Below are positions 19,201 to 28,997 of a stretch of DNA of 46,771 nucleotides, piece by piece. The notes under the pieces were generated by a model that saw only the letters and a program-made list of their open reading frames with translations, was not told the DNA's origin and made no database searches. The stretch's first letter is position 1; each line of letters opens with the position of its first letter. Source of the DNA: a virus (lineage: Duplodnaviria; Caudoviricetes); IMG/VR virus record IMGVR_UViG_3300027828_000007, positions 1 to 46,771 of that record. One strand, given 5' to 3'. The position numbers were made by a program, and so were the translations under genes.

Positions 19201-20255
19201 GAACCATCCTTGCGTTCATTGGTGCTGATATGGTGGCGAACGGCCAACTGACGGGTCGGCTTCCCGAGGACCAGGGTGAGCGCGATAGATGGGAGCGTAT
19301 GGGCATTCAACCCTATTCCCTGAAAACCCCGTGGGGCTGGATGAGCTATCGCCGCATGGAGCCCGTTTCCACCATGCTTGCTATTGGTGCTGACATGCAG
19401 ATGGTGATGCAGAACGGGTTTGAAGACACGGACGAGCCGATTGACATTGTTGATGTGGTGTTCCCGTCAATTGGTGCCGCCATTCAGGTGGTGGGCGATA
19501 AGTCATTCCTGACCGGGATTTCACAGTTCATCGAATTTGCCCAAGACCCGGCCCGCTATGGCCCGACATATGGCCGCCAGCTTATGTCATCCGTGGTTGT
19601 GCCGTCTGCTGTGTTCCAAGCGGAGCGCCTTGTGGACCCCGTAATTCGTGACAACTCGAACATCATGAACCGTGTCATGGGGTCTGTTCCCGGCTTCTCT
19701 GAGCGTGTTCCCCCTCGCCGCGACCTCTGGGGCCGTGTCCGCCGTATCGAGTCAAGGGTAGGTGAGCTATATGATGCCCTCTCCCCGTGGGCTATTCGGG
19801 CAAATGACCGCGAGCCCATTGATGAAGAACTGGCTCGTTTGGGCGATGCCCCACAAATGCCGGGGTGGACAATCAGTGTTCGTGGCAGTGTTGGTGTGAC
19901 CGCCCCCGTCAACCTTCGTCATAGACCGGACATCTACTGGCGGTATGTGGAATTGGCCGGGAACGAAGCCCCGTCAATGCCGGGTCGCATGGGATTGCGT
20001 GATTATCTCAATGCCGTGGTATCTGGTGAGCACCCTCACAGCGCCTTCTATGAGCGGCTTCCAGATGACCCGTCCGCCCCGGTCAGCAAGGCCAGTTTCA
20101 TCCGTGACCGCATTCAGGATTCCCGCGATGTGGCGCGAGCTATGCTGGAGCGTGAATACCGGGATGAGTTGAGAGCCATGGCTGATTCATCCCTTGTGCG
20201 GCAGACCGAAGAACAGGCCCGCAGAGAGCAATCGTTCGAGCAGACAGGGCGCTAA
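16257..20255 (+). CDS. Large internal virion/DNA ejection protein
   Basis: 1332 aa; MPFVVTPSNI, GIQPYSLK, WMSYRRMEP, PRRDLWG motifs of large podophage ejection proteins. Confidence 0.75.
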   Translation: MPSNGTTYQDTIDRSRPILENPDGTFSTEESITVEEGSLNNGRPTNIPSIWDGQRLSDDEAIQRAVESGMNFESYDTVDAAVAAAQERSAEIGVVREGDRKPPSGPKNMRDTMMASADRERQITYEQELERRRQELAGEQQADTPGNAEPAQGADIGLTMPAGAPNTPPGTPAPEDEGGILQTAGAVTSDVVTGLTREMPFAVANGVVRAFNETVDFAESASEAVSRIGPDGSEGAIRAAIGAIPGAGPALAQASQPGQDLPDVPELPQPESVTGQAVQTLSQFLAGFVGVGKVTKAANILQGASRASFLARGWLNGALAAGTVFDPHEERLSNLIQDIPALRNPVTEYLAADPADGEMEGRLKSALEDAALGPIADGIVGGIRAIRAARNLTRSVDDSLAFLDRADEGARADIERDVYRNGTPDGPAVTVSEPRRMEDQLDLINRSDEATGRNGLTPTEAQRVVSGTTVPGYTLSDGRELSINMNALNTEEDIQATISQMADIFAPELEGTRRGVRGNATVIQDLQTQSGWDALNMRRVGQPLSDSETLAAQSLYVTSGSNVRSAIAHALEHPDSTAAQFAARRALTVHRAIQAQIAGAKADAGRALRAWGIPAEATANARREMENIVDLHGGRLSEKDLTRLQEIAGDAGRLDTATRRGFHPVAEVASEWIRFAFLGNPLTQAANLIGNTFAIAYDTLPRLGAGVQGLLFDDPALTRELRSVLDEYAGLAAGARVQFANFARTADYARMGRTLAEAAQRPTLRGKLMGTGAAIARDNPISATFRGRFDDFGSSGQKWVDTNGGSRAVSAERFGAQGGTMWGNFLNASGAVLSAPQEFLGFADDFFKGINHYSTRYRLAARQARDELGEGASREQYTSRMRELIENPTDDALEEAVNVARMRTFTEPIGKNTRAILDLRNTLNRGGLPLGSLLMPFVVTPSNILKFAFRNSITGLMWKDLWDDLGAGGVRAATARSRIASGTILAFIGADMVANGQLTGRLPEDQGERDRWERMGIQPYSLKTPWGWMSYRRMEPVSTMLAIGADMQMVMQNGFEDTDEPIDIVDVVFPSIGAAIQVVGDKSFLTGISQFIEFAQDPARYGPTYGRQLMSSVVVPSAVFQAERLVDPVIRDNSNIMNRVMGSVPGFSERVPPRRDLWGRVRRIESRVGELYDALSPWAIRANDREPIDEELARLGDAPQMPGWTISVRGSVGVTAPVNLRHRPDIYWRYVELAGNEAPSMPGRMGLRDYLNAVVSGEHPHSAFYERLPDDPSAPVSKASFIRDRIQDSRDVARAMLEREYRDELRAMADSSLVRQTEEQARREQSFEQTGR

Positions 20256-20259
20256 ATCC

Positions 20260-20294
20260 GGTGCGTTTAGTGGTGGCTTTCCCGGCCCCATTGT
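20260..20294 (+). promoter_or_regulatory. Phage late promoter GGTGCGTT-N21-CATTGT, 6 nt before tail fibre ATG
   Basis: Conserved motif and spacing; no SD. Confidence 0.7.
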
Positions 20295-20300
20295 CGCGCA

Positions 20301-23300
20301 ATGGCACACGTTACTGTCCCCGCTGAGAATAGCTATGTCCGGTACACGTCACAGACGGGAACGGGGCCTTTCGCCTTTACGTTCACGGTCTTCGATGAAG
20401 CCGATCTTGAGGTCCGTGTAAATGGAACGGCTCTGGCCGGGTCCGGCTGGACGGTCGCATGGGATACGTCCGATGAGGGTGGGTACACAGGGGGCTCGAT
20501 TACCCTTGTTTCATCCGTCACGTCCGCTACGGTTGATATTGTATCAATCGTTCCCGCCGTAAGGGGCACTGACTTTTCCTCAGGGGCTATTTCCCCGACC
20601 TCGCTCAACACCGAATTTGACAAGCTGACGGCCATCACCCGCGACCTTCAGCGCGATATGGCGCGGTCGGTTCGCTTTGACCTTGCTGACACCACGGCTG
20701 ATTTGGGCAAATTGTCCGACAATGCCTCCAAAGTTGTCGCAGTCAATTCAAGCGGTACGGCCCTGGAATTTGCCACCAATTCCGGCACAGGTGGGGGCTC
20801 CGGTACGGGGAATGTCTCCAATTCAGGCACTCCAGCGAACAATCAACTTGCGGTATGGACGAACTCGACGACCATTGAAGGCGATTCCGGCCTGACGTGG
20901 GATGGCTCTACTCTTGCTGTCACGGGGTCCATTACCGATGACGGGGTGGCGGTCCCCACCATATCGTCCACGGACACGCTGACGAACAAGACACTTACGT
21001 CTCCTGTTCTGACCACACCTCAGATCAATGACCTGTCCTCGAACCAGCAATATATATTTGCCGCTTCCGAGTTGACGGCTGACCGGACAGTGACGCTCCC
21101 GCTTCTGACCGGGAACGACACATTCACGTTCAACGCCCATGCGGCGACCCTCACCAACAAGACGATTGCTCTTGGCTCGAACACGGTGTCCGGCACCACG
21201 GCACAGTTCAATACCGCGCTTACGGATGGGTCATTTGCCACGCTGGCTGGAACCGAAACGCTCACCAATAAGACCATCGACCTTACGGACAATACGGTCA
21301 CGGGAACATTGGCTGAGCTCAACACCGCCGTTTCCGATGACACTCTCGCGGCGTTCGGGTCCACCAATACCTTCACAGGTGCAAATGATTTCTCTGGTGG
21401 GTCTGTAAAAGTCCCCGCCTCTGCTACGCCCACGATCTCCGCCCAAGGGGACTTCGCTCTCGATACGTCCATTGCGAACTATGCTCCGGGTGGCCTTCGT
21501 TACCATGACGGCACCAATGATATGACGGCAGTGGCGGTTGCCACCTCTGTTCTCACGGGCGGCCCCACTGATGGGCACGTCCTCACCTATGACGCGACGA
21601 GTGACATCTGGTATGCGGCTGCGGCTCCCGGCGCTGGTGGTGGGGTATCGGGCACGGGTACGAATAATGCCGTAGCCGTCTGGTCCGGTACGGGCGCTAT
21701 TGATTACACGGCGGGCTTCACCTTCGACGGGACAAGCCTGACGCTTCCCGCGACCATGTTCATGTCTGAGGTGGCTGCCGCTGCTGCTGATGTCGCTGGT
21801 GGCGGGCAAATCTGGGTCAAGAACGCCACACCGAATGAGCTTTGGTTCACGAACGATGCTGGCAGTGACATTCAGATCACGACCGGGTCAACCATTAATG
21901 CTTTGACGGCATCTGGGACTGCCACGCTTACGAACAAGACATTTGATCTTGGCGGGACGGGTAACTCTCTCACGGGCTCAAAGGCAGAATTTAACACTGC
22001 CTTGCAAACAGACACGTTCGTCATGGGGTCCGATCTCGGGACCAATGTCGCGACCTTCCTGGCCACCCCTTCCAGCGCCAATCTTGCCGCCGCTGTAACC
22101 GATGAAAGCGGGACGGGTGCTCTGGTCTTCGGGACATCCCCGGCGATTACGACACCGACCCTTGTTCTTCAGGACGCCAACGGCGCGGCCCCGACCACGG
22201 ATGGTCAAATCAAATACGACCGGACGGGTGAGAACCTGGAAGTCGGTGACGGCACGGGCACCAAGTCCTTCCCCCATGTGGATGGCACAGCCACCTTCAC
22301 GAACAAGACGATAAATTCGGACAGCAACTCGCTCACAGTTGATCTTTCCGAAGCAACGGTTACGGGCACGACCGCAGAGTTCAATACAGCTCTGTCTGAC
22401 GGTTCGTTCGCGACCCTCGCTGGCACTGAGACGCTGACGAACAAGACCGTCAACCTGTCGTCCAACACCCTGACGGGCACCACAGCACAATTCAACACAG
22501 CCCTCTCCGATGGTTCCTTCGCCACATTGGCGGGGACGGAAACCCTTACGAATAAAACCGTCACCACACCCACCCTGACCCTGAAGCAGAGCGCCACCCC
22601 GACACCCACGGCGGAAGGCGACATTCAATGGGATACGGATAACAACACCATTGTCGTTGGGAACGGCACGGGGCAGACCACGTTCTCTGCCACGGGCATC
22701 ACGGGAACTGGCGCGAACGACCGCCTTGCCGTATGGTCAGGAACGGGGACGCAGGACAGCGACTCAAACCTCACTTGGGATGGCACTACGCTGACGGTCA
22801 GTGGGACTATTTCAGGTGCCGACCTAGCTACTGGCGTTACGATTGACAGCAATACGATTTTACGAGGAACCTCATTTGGTTCAACAAGACTTGTCATTTC
22901 AGGAACTAACGGGGCCGTATCAACAGACGCTAACCTGACATATACCGGAGGCGGCGGAGGCGGGCTTGTCTCCGGGATACTGCACAGCTACACAAATGTT
23001 GTTGACTACCCGGTGCAAGCAAAGCACGAAACATCTGGGGGCGGTAATCCAACCGCAGGGTTTGGTGCTGGGATAAAGATGAGTGCCGACAATGGTGCGT
23101 CATCACTGCACGAGATTGGCACTCTTGAGTGGGTTTGGACGACAGTTACCGACACCGCCGAAGTCTCCGATCTTGTTGGCTATGCCTACGAGGGCGGCGC
23201 GAAGACAGAAGTCTTCCGTGCCGATACGTCGGCTAACCAATTCAATCTTCCGACAGGCTGGCAGTTCGCGGTCAACGGAACACCTCTAAGCTCAGGTGGT

Positions 23301-24239
23301 ATCTCTGCCTCCGCCACCCCATCAGACGGCCAGATCGGCGTCTGGACTTCCTCATCCGCCATGGAAGGCGATGCTGCCCTTACGTTCGACACGACCACTG
23401 ACAGCCTTGTTGTAGCCGCCTCCGGCAACCTGAAATTCGGTGCCGTGACTATCCTTGCTGATAGCGCGGGCACAATGACGCTCTCGAACATCGACGCCAT
23501 TGACGCGACGACCGAGACAACTCTTGAGTCCGCAATCGACAGCCTGTCGAACCTGACGACCACAGGCGCTCTTACTTCTGGGTCCATTGGGTCAGGGTTT
23601 GGCACCATCAACATTGGCACCTCCAATGCAGTGTCGTGCGGGTCAATTGAATTAGGCCATGCTTCTGACACCACACTTGCCCGCGCTTCTGCCGGGAACG
23701 TGAGCGTTGAGGGGACCCTTCTCAAGAAGGTTGGCACAGAAACCATCTGGGTTCCTGCATCTGCCATGGTCGCAGATACAGCGGCACCTGCTGCCAGCGG
23801 GTCGGCGCAAGGCTCAAATGGGGTCATGCGTGAGACGTTTGATTTTGACGCGGCGTCCGACGAAAAAACGCAGTTCACGGTGGCGTTTCCAAAATCATGG
23901 AACCTCGGGACGGTCGGCGTTCAATTTTTCTGGACCGCCAACGCGACGACAGGCGATATAATTTGGGCCGCCGAGGCCGTTGCTGTCAGCGACGACGACG
24001 CGCTTGACGCAACATTCGGCACAGCCGCCACCACAACCGACACGATGAAGGGAACGGCGTATGACCTCGCCGTGTCATCCGCCGCCACGGTAACAATTGG
24101 CGGCACACCTGCCGCAGCCGACCTTGTTGCCTTCCGCGTCTATCGTGACGCCAACGCTGGTGGCGACACACTGTCGGTCGATGGGCTCTTGCTCGGTGTC
24201 AAGATTACCTACACCACAGATGCAGCAAATGATGATTAG
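20301..24239 (+). CDS. Tail fibre
   Basis: T7 gp17-like N-terminal anchor ([19 protein letters not shown]), TLTNKT repeats, C-terminal beta domain. Confidence 0.85.
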   Translation: MAHVTVPAENSYVRYTSQTGTGPFAFTFTVFDEADLEVRVNGTALAGSGWTVAWDTSDEGGYTGGSITLVSSVTSATVDIVSIVPAVRGTDFSSGAISPTSLNTEFDKLTAITRDLQRDMARSVRFDLADTTADLGKLSDNASKVVAVNSSGTALEFATNSGTGGGSGTGNVSNSGTPANNQLAVWTNSTTIEGDSGLTWDGSTLAVTGSITDDGVAVPTISSTDTLTNKTLTSPVLTTPQINDLSSNQQYIFAASELTADRTVTLPLLTGNDTFTFNAHAATLTNKTIALGSNTVSGTTAQFNTALTDGSFATLAGTETLTNKTIDLTDNTVTGTLAELNTAVSDDTLAAFGSTNTFTGANDFSGGSVKVPASATPTISAQGDFALDTSIANYAPGGLRYHDGTNDMTAVAVATSVLTGGPTDGHVLTYDATSDIWYAAAAPGAGGGVSGTGTNNAVAVWSGTGAIDYTAGFTFDGTSLTLPATMFMSEVAAAAADVAGGGQIWVKNATPNELWFTNDAGSDIQITTGSTINALTASGTATLTNKTFDLGGTGNSLTGSKAEFNTALQTDTFVMGSDLGTNVATFLATPSSANLAAAVTDESGTGALVFGTSPAITTPTLVLQDANGAAPTTDGQIKYDRTGENLEVGDGTGTKSFPHVDGTATFTNKTINSDSNSLTVDLSEATVTGTTAEFNTALSDGSFATLAGTETLTNKTVNLSSNTLTGTTAQFNTALSDGSFATLAGTETLTNKTVTTPTLTLKQSATPTPTAEGDIQWDTDNNTIVVGNGTGQTTFSATGITGTGANDRLAVWSGTGTQDSDSNLTWDGTTLTVSGTISGADLATGVTIDSNTILRGTSFGSTRLVISGTNGAVSTDANLTYTGGGGGGLVSGILHSYTNVVDYPVQAKHETSGGGNPTAGFGAGIKMSADNGASSLHEIGTLEWVWTTVTDTAEVSDLVGYAYEGGAKTEVFRADTSANQFNLPTGWQFAVNGTPLSSGGISASATPSDGQIGVWTSSSAMEGDAALTFDTTTDSLVVAASGNLKFGAVTILADSAGTMTLSNIDAIDATTETTLESAIDSLSNLTTTGALTSGSIGSGFGTINIGTSNAVSCGSIELGHASDTTLARASAGNVSVEGTLLKKVGTETIWVPASAMVADTAAPAASGSAQGSNGVMRETFDFDAASDEKTQFTVAFPKSWNLGTVGVQFFWTANATTGDIIWAAEAVAVSDDDALDATFGTAATTTDTMKGTAYDLAVSSAATVTIGGTPAAADLVAFRVYRDANAGGDTLSVDGLLLGVKITYTTDAANDD
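21192..22560 (+). repeat. Intragenic repeats GTTA(Q/E)FNTAL(S/T)[17 protein letters not shown]
   Basis: Near-identical copies start at 21192, 22365 and 22476 (last two 111 nt apart), plus degenerate copies. Confidence 0.85.
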
Positions 24240-24247
24240 AGGCTGAT

Positions 24248-24496
24248 ATGGCACAGGTCACAATTCAAAGCCCAAACGTAACCAAGAATTTCTCGTTGGA
24301 CGCGGGACAAGTCACGCGCTTACTCAACTATGCGGGCTATGCGCTTGGTGATGGGGCAACAAATCTTCAGAAAGAAGAATGGGTTGTCCGCCGCTTCTTT
24401 GTCCTGATGCGCGATGATCTCAAGAGATTCGAGGACCAACAGGGCTACAAGACGGTACGGGAAACAAATACACAGTTGCCCGTCACGGAGGTCTAA
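24248..24496 (+). CDS. Small tail-associated protein, possibly a chaperone
   Basis: GAGG SD; follows fibre. Confidence 0.6.
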   Translation: MAQVTIQSPNVTKNFSLDAGQVTRLLNYAGYALGDGATNLQKEEWVVRRFFVLMRDDLKRFEDQQGYKTVRETNTQLPVTEV

Positions 24497-25197
24497 TGGC
24501 TCTCGGTGTCACAAACCTTGTTGGCTTCGGTGCGAAGCGTGCAGCCGCAGCTGCTACGTCTGATTTCGCGTTCATCGGGGAAACAACAAACTCGGCTTCC
24601 GGCTATAGCGTCTCATTCCATGGGTCTGCGGCGGCGGGTGATGTGGCAATCGTGGCCGAGAGTTTCGACGGCACGGTGGCCCTGACAGGAACGACAGCGA
24701 CACCACCTACAGGGTGGTCAGTGTTTGACGACACTGTGACGGACACAATTGGTTTTCGCGGGGTTCGCGATCTTAACTCCGGGATTTACTACAAGGTTCT
24801 AACGTCCGGCGATATTTCGACAGGCAGCGTCAGCTCCCAAATCACGGGCGGCGCGGACACCAATCAGTTGATGGCATGTCAGATATGGCGGCCCGTTTCG
24901 ACGCCGAGCTTTTCAGATCAGGAAGTTGCAGCGGGTCTTACCGGCGCTGACGTATCCGTCACGGCATCAAGCGGGACACCGCCGACACTGGTTGTTGGCG
25001 CGGCTTGCGGGGCACAGTTTGACACGAATACATCCCCAGCGTTCACGCAAACAACGACAGTTGGCACAGGAACGAGCGGACTATCGCTCGGGGTGACGTA
25101 TTATGACGCATCTCCATCCAGTCAGACAGTTGATAGCCAGACGGCGGCAACAGATTCACAGACGTTTGTCGCCTACTCAAACCTGAGCTTCGCATGA
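24496..25197 (+). CDS. Putative tail tip/receptor-binding protein
   Basis: MALGVTNLVGFG start, Ser/Thr/Gly-rich beta domain (AAAGDVAIV, PPTGWS, YYKVLT). Confidence 0.55.
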   Translation: MALGVTNLVGFGAKRAAAAATSDFAFIGETTNSASGYSVSFHGSAAAGDVAIVAESFDGTVALTGTTATPPTGWSVFDDTVTDTIGFRGVRDLNSGIYYKVLTSGDISTGSVSSQITGGADTNQLMACQIWRPVSTPSFSDQEVAAGLTGADVSVTASSGTPPTLVVGAACGAQFDTNTSPAFTQTTTVGTGTSGLSLGVTYYDASPSSQTVDSQTAATDSQTFVAYSNLSFA

Positions 25198-25997
25198 CGC
25201 CCGGCATCAAATGGCTGGCGTCTTATCCCAAGAGTGGCAACACATGGGCGAGGCTGTTCCTTCTCAATTACCACATGGCACCGGACGAGCCGATACTTCC
25301 TGACGCGCTTGGGCAAATCCAGTTCTGCCCCGCAGACGATGCCGAATGGCTTATCAATAACGCCACCGGAATGTCACCAAAGGACATGCCCCCTCCTGCT
25401 CCCTTCTTCAGATTGAGAACCGCATTTCAGCAGCATTATCTTCTATGGTGCGCGTCGATTAAGCGCATACCGTATCTCAAGACCCATTCCCCAAACCTCG
25501 TAGCTGACCACCTGTTCCGCATGATTGATGAATCAATTACGGAGAAGGCTGTTTATTTCATCCGTGACCCGCGCGATGTGGCACCCTCATTAGCCGCGCA
25601 CACAGGGGCAGGACATGATGAGATTGTCGATAAGATGGCAAGCCCTTCCTATGCCGTGCAGCGCCCCATAGGCACTGTGAGTCCTATAGGGAACTGGTCC
25701 GAGCATGTGAAGTCATGGGAGGAAATCGCCACGGTCATCAAATATGAAGACCTCCCAAACGCCTTCGAAGTCATGCTTGAGGCTTTCGGACTAGAAAGAG
25801 ATGAGCGGTTCGACAAGGCCGTGAAGTTCACCGACCTCAAAACCCTATCGAAACTGGAAGACGAGCATGGATTCGGTGAGGGCTCCAATCACACAAAGTT
25901 CTTCGGCGGCACCACGCGCAAGCTGAACAAGCCCCAGAGAGAAAAGATTGAGGAAGCCCATGGTGATGTCATGCGGCGGTATGGGTATCTCACATGA
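25194..25997 (+). CDS. PAPS-dependent sulfotransferase
   Basis: 5'-PSB loop WLASYPKSGNTW, KTH, 3'-PB motif IRDPRDVAPS, W.EHVKSW, IKYEDL. Confidence 0.88.
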   Translation: MTPGIKWLASYPKSGNTWARLFLLNYHMAPDEPILPDALGQIQFCPADDAEWLINNATGMSPKDMPPPAPFFRLRTAFQQHYLLWCASIKRIPYLKTHSPNLVADHLFRMIDESITEKAVYFIRDPRDVAPSLAAHTGAGHDEIVDKMASPSYAVQRPIGTVSPIGNWSEHVKSWEEIATVIKYEDLPNAFEVMLEAFGLERDERFDKAVKFTDLKTLSKLEDEHGFGEGSNHTKFFGGTTRKLNKPQREKIEEAHGDVMRRYGYLT

Positions 25998-26458
25998 GCA
26001 CGTTGACCCTGATGCGCGGTATGAGCGACAAGGACGCCACATTCGGGACACTATTCCTGGACGGGTATTATCTGTGCTCCACAGTTGAGGACCAATATCA
26101 GCCCGGACCCGTCAAGGTCATGCACGAGACGCGCATTCCAGAGGGCAAGTATCAAATCATTCTAAGAACACATGGCGGGTTCCACCAGAGGTACAAGGCG
26201 AAATTCCCAGACTTTCACAGGGGAATGCTTGAACTAAAGGATGTCCCCCGTTTCACGGACATTCTCATCCATTGCGGGAATGACGACGATGATACGTCCG
26301 GGTGCGTTATCGTTGGGGAACCCCCCGTCCCATTCTTTGGCCGTCATTGGGTAAGTCGGAGCGTTGATACCTACAAGGAAATCTACCCAGCCTTGGCCCA
26401 ACGGGCAGCGATGTCCGACCTGATTATGCACATAAAGGACTGTGACCATGGAAAGTAA
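25994..26458 (+). CDS. Putative endolysin (DUF5675-like)
   Basis: TRIPEGKY...VPRFTDILIHCGN..DTSGCVIVG; first gene of lysis cassette. Confidence 0.7.
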   Translation: MSTLTLMRGMSDKDATFGTLFLDGYYLCSTVEDQYQPGPVKVMHETRIPEGKYQIILRTHGGFHQRYKAKFPDFHRGMLELKDVPRFTDILIHCGNDDDDTSGCVIVGEPPVPFFGRHWVSRSVDTYKEIYPALAQRAAMSDLIMHIKDCDHGK

Positions 26459-26648
26459 ACCCTTCTGGCAATCCCGCACCCTCTGGGGCGGCGTTATCAT
26501 GTTTGCCGTATCTATTGCGGGCACCCTCGGATGGGAACTCCCCTTCGGCGCTGATGCCTTGACCGACGCGGTTATGACTCTTGTCGGCACCATTGGCGCT
26601 GTTCTTGTGGCTGTTGGCCGCTTGGGCGCGAACAAGCAGCTCTCGTAA
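26448..26648 (+). CDS. Holin
   Basis: KPFWQSRTLWG start, two hydrophobic helices, AVGR end. Confidence 0.75.
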   Translation: MESKPFWQSRTLWGGVIMFAVSIAGTLGWELPFGADALTDAVMTLVGTIGAVLVAVGRLGANKQLS

Positions 26649-26875
26649 TGAGCTTCGGCACCTTTGTCCTCATCGGATTCGCGTCTCTGTGCATTGTCTT
26701 TCTATGGATGGTGTTCAGCAACGCAAAGAAAGCCGGTGGGGATTCGGTATTGGCCAAGCAAGGCAAGCAAGCGGGAAAGGCTAGACGCGATGCACAAGAG
26801 GCTGAGAGGCGTGTTGACGGCATGTCTGATGACGATGCCGCTCATAAGCTGCGCGACGAGTGGTCCCGTGACTGA
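26648..26875 (+). CDS. i-spanin (Rz-like)
   Basis: N-terminal TM followed by charged helical domain. Confidence 0.7.
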   Translation: MSFGTFVLIGFASLCIVFLWMVFSNAKKAGGDSVLAKQGKQAGKARRDAQEAERRVDGMSDDDAAHKLRDEWSRD

Positions 26876-26987
26876 GTGCGAGTATTTGAGCCCCATCTAT
26901 GTCTCTCAGGATGATGTCCTGACGGCAGAGACGGCCCGCCAGATTCTCAGGAATAACGAAGTATGGCGGGAGCTTTGTGATGGCTGA
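26790..26987 (+). CDS. o-spanin lipoprotein (Rz1-like), overlapping i-spanin
   Basis: MHKRLRGVLTACLMTMPLISC lipobox; PIYVS.DD.LT.ETARQIL..N. Confidence 0.8.
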   Translation: MHKRLRGVLTACLMTMPLISCATSGPVTECEYLSPIYVSQDDVLTAETARQILRNNEVWRELCDG

Positions 26988-27240
26988 CCAACCAACACAT
27001 CATGACCTCGACATAAAGATCACCCGCCTTGAGGGGAAGGTGGACGTGATGATCGAGAGATTGGACACATCAATCAAGGGCACGGACGAGCATCGGGGGA
27101 CAATCAGAGCGAGGCTTGACCACCACGAACAGCGGATAGATGGCCTGACCGCGTGGCGTAACAGATTAATCGGCGCGTATATGGGCCTCCTGTTCCTTAT
27201 GGGCGTTATCCAGCTTTGGTTCAAGGGGCACTCCTCGTAA
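26980..27240 (+). CDS. XhlA-like coiled-coil/TM protein
   Basis: Coiled coil followed by a single C-terminal TM. Confidence 0.6.
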   Translation: MADQPTHHDLDIKITRLEGKVDVMIERLDTSIKGTDEHRGTIRARLDHHEQRIDGLTAWRNRLIGAYMGLLFLMGVIQLWFKGHSS

Positions 27241-27258
27241 CAACCCGGAGGGCTATCC

Positions 27259-28413
27259 ATGCCCACACCGCCGTTAAGTGACGAAGACCTAGACATATCA
27301 GTAGCCACATACGTTCGCTGTAATTACAGCACATCAGAAGCCGCATCCGTTCTCGGCTTGTCACCCCGCGCCATGCGGCACCGCCTGAAGACAGCACGAG
27401 AAAAAGGCAAGATGGTCCCGTCCGGGGTCATCCAGGAACCACCCCCTCTAGGGTTCTCGGTCAAGGGAACATCCACCCTTGTTGGCGGTGACGGTGAAAT
27501 CAAAGCCCAGTGGGTCAAGACCGAGGCCGATAAGGAACAACGGGAAGAACAGTTCCGGGCCTTTGCCGAAGAACTTGCCGATATCGTCAAGGGGAAGGTC
27601 AAGCCCACCAAGGAACCCAAATCAACAGAGGCGGACTTGCTTACCGTCTATCCTATGGGTGATCCCCACATAGGGATGTACGCATGGGCCGATGAAGCGG
27701 GGGAGGACTTTGACCTCGATATTGCCGAGCGCGATCTGACCGCCGCTATGGCCCGCCTCGTTCAGTCAGCCCCCAAATCCGAGACGGCATTGATTCTCAA
27801 TCTCGGGGACTTCTTCCATGCGGACAATATGGAAAACCGCACGATGCGAAGCGGCAATGTCCTTGATGTGGACACCCGCTGGCAGAAGGTTCTTCAGGTA
27901 GGGGCGAGGGCCTTTTATACCCTCGTTCAGAGCGCCCTCAAGAAGCACAGGGACGTGGTGATCCGCAATGTCATAGGCAATCACGATGACCACTCAGCGG
28001 TGTTCCTGAGCCTCCTGCTGGACGCCTATTACCGGAACGAGCCCAGAGTGACGGTAGAGCTTTCCCCGAGCGCGGTTTGGTACATGCGCTTTGGAAAGGT
28101 TCTAATCGGGGCGACACACGGTGACAAGGCCAAGTGGAAGGATTTGGCCAAGATTATGGCGGTGGATCGCCCAGACGATTGGGGTCAGTCCGTTTACCGC
28201 TATTGGCACACGGGCCACGTTCACCATGACAGGGTTCAAGAGGACATGGGCGTGGTCATGGAATGCCACCGGACGTTAGCCGCCAAGGACGCATGGCATG
28301 CAGCGCAGGGCTACCGCTCGGGCAGGGCGATGAAGTGCATTGTCTATGACCGCGAGTACGGTGAAGTGGAGCGGCACACGGCAGACATTAGGAGAGTGAG
28401 AGATGGTTCCTGA
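27259..28413 (+). CDS. HTH-fused calcineurin-like metallophosphoesterase
   Basis: N-terminal HTH; GDPH, GDFFH, GNHD, HGD, GHVHH motifs. Confidence 0.85.
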   Translation: MPTPPLSDEDLDISVATYVRCNYSTSEAASVLGLSPRAMRHRLKTAREKGKMVPSGVIQEPPPLGFSVKGTSTLVGGDGEIKAQWVKTEADKEQREEQFRAFAEELADIVKGKVKPTKEPKSTEADLLTVYPMGDPHIGMYAWADEAGEDFDLDIAERDLTAAMARLVQSAPKSETALILNLGDFFHADNMENRTMRSGNVLDVDTRWQKVLQVGARAFYTLVQSALKKHRDVVIRNVIGNHDDHSAVFLSLLLDAYYRNEPRVTVELSPSAVWYMRFGKVLIGATHGDKAKWKDLAKIMAVDRPDDWGQSVYRYWHTGHVHHDRVQEDMGVVMECHRTLAAKDAWHAAQGYRSGRAMKCIVYDREYGEVERHTADIRRVRDGS

Positions 28414-28504
28414 TTTTGACGGCTTGGTCGCCTTCCTGTTTTTCGGCGGTGCTGTGGCTGCTTTCCTATGCTTCGGCATCCTCAAACTTCTAGGTGTCCT
28501 ATGA
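28403..28504 (+). CDS. 33-aa hydrophobic microprotein (MVPDFDGLVAFLFFGG...)
   Basis: AGGAG upstream; ATGA coupling to 28501. Confidence 0.5.
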   Translation: MVPDFDGLVAFLFFGGAVAAFLCFGILKLLGVL

Positions 28505-28743
28505 GCGATGAATTTGAATGCGCTGAAGAAGGCGAGACGGAGCCTACGTCATGGGTCACTCGCGCCTACCTCGAATCCGTGCCCGTCAGAAAATGCGCCG
28601 CCGAGCGAAGACGCGCATGGGCTGTTCTTCTGTTCATTACCACAATGGGGTTCCCGACGAACAAGGCGGGGCTCCAGGCCATAGACGATCTGACGCGCTA
28701 TCTGGAAGGTGGCTTTGCTGGCCCCAAGGATTTGGACAAATGA
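28501..28743 (+). CDS. Hypothetical protein
   Basis: Coupled on both sides. Confidence 0.55.
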   Translation: MSDEFECAEEGETEPTSWVTRAYLESVPVRKCAAERRRAWAVLLFITTMGFPTNKAGLQAIDDLTRYLEGGFAGPKDLDK

Positions 28744-28967
28744 TTGACCGCATAGCAGAGCATATCCACGAGAACGCCCCCGCATATCTGGTGGCAATGT
28801 TCGCCTCCGGCTTCGGTGTTTTGGGGGCTGGCCTATGGGCGTGGTATGACCTGAACCGCAACATGGACCTCATACTTTGCAAACTTGATATTGAGCAGAA
28901 CGCCCTCTGTGGGTGGACTTCTACCATTGCCGAAGACTTGGCAAAGGAAACCCCCGAAACCAATTGA
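28740..28967 (+). CDS. Small membrane protein
   Basis: AAGGA SD; one TM segment. Confidence 0.55.
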   Translation: MIDRIAEHIHENAPAYLVAMFASGFGVLGAGLWAWYDLNRNMDLILCKLDIEQNALCGWTSTIAEDLAKETPETN

Positions 28968-28997
28968 CCTCACTCATCTGTCTTCTCCTCGGGGCGG

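Noticed and set aside
5639-24171. Long minus-strand ORFs across the structural region
   Set aside because: Antisense shadows of GC-rich coding genes without SDs or motifs
20301-25197. Diversity-generating retroelement, given the BPP-1-like virion genes
   Set aside because: No reverse transcriptase and no TR/VR pair with adenine-specific differences seen
26442-26450. Holin dual-start motif (GTG-ACC-ATG)
   Set aside because: GTG is only 2 nt from the SD and the extension adds no positive charge
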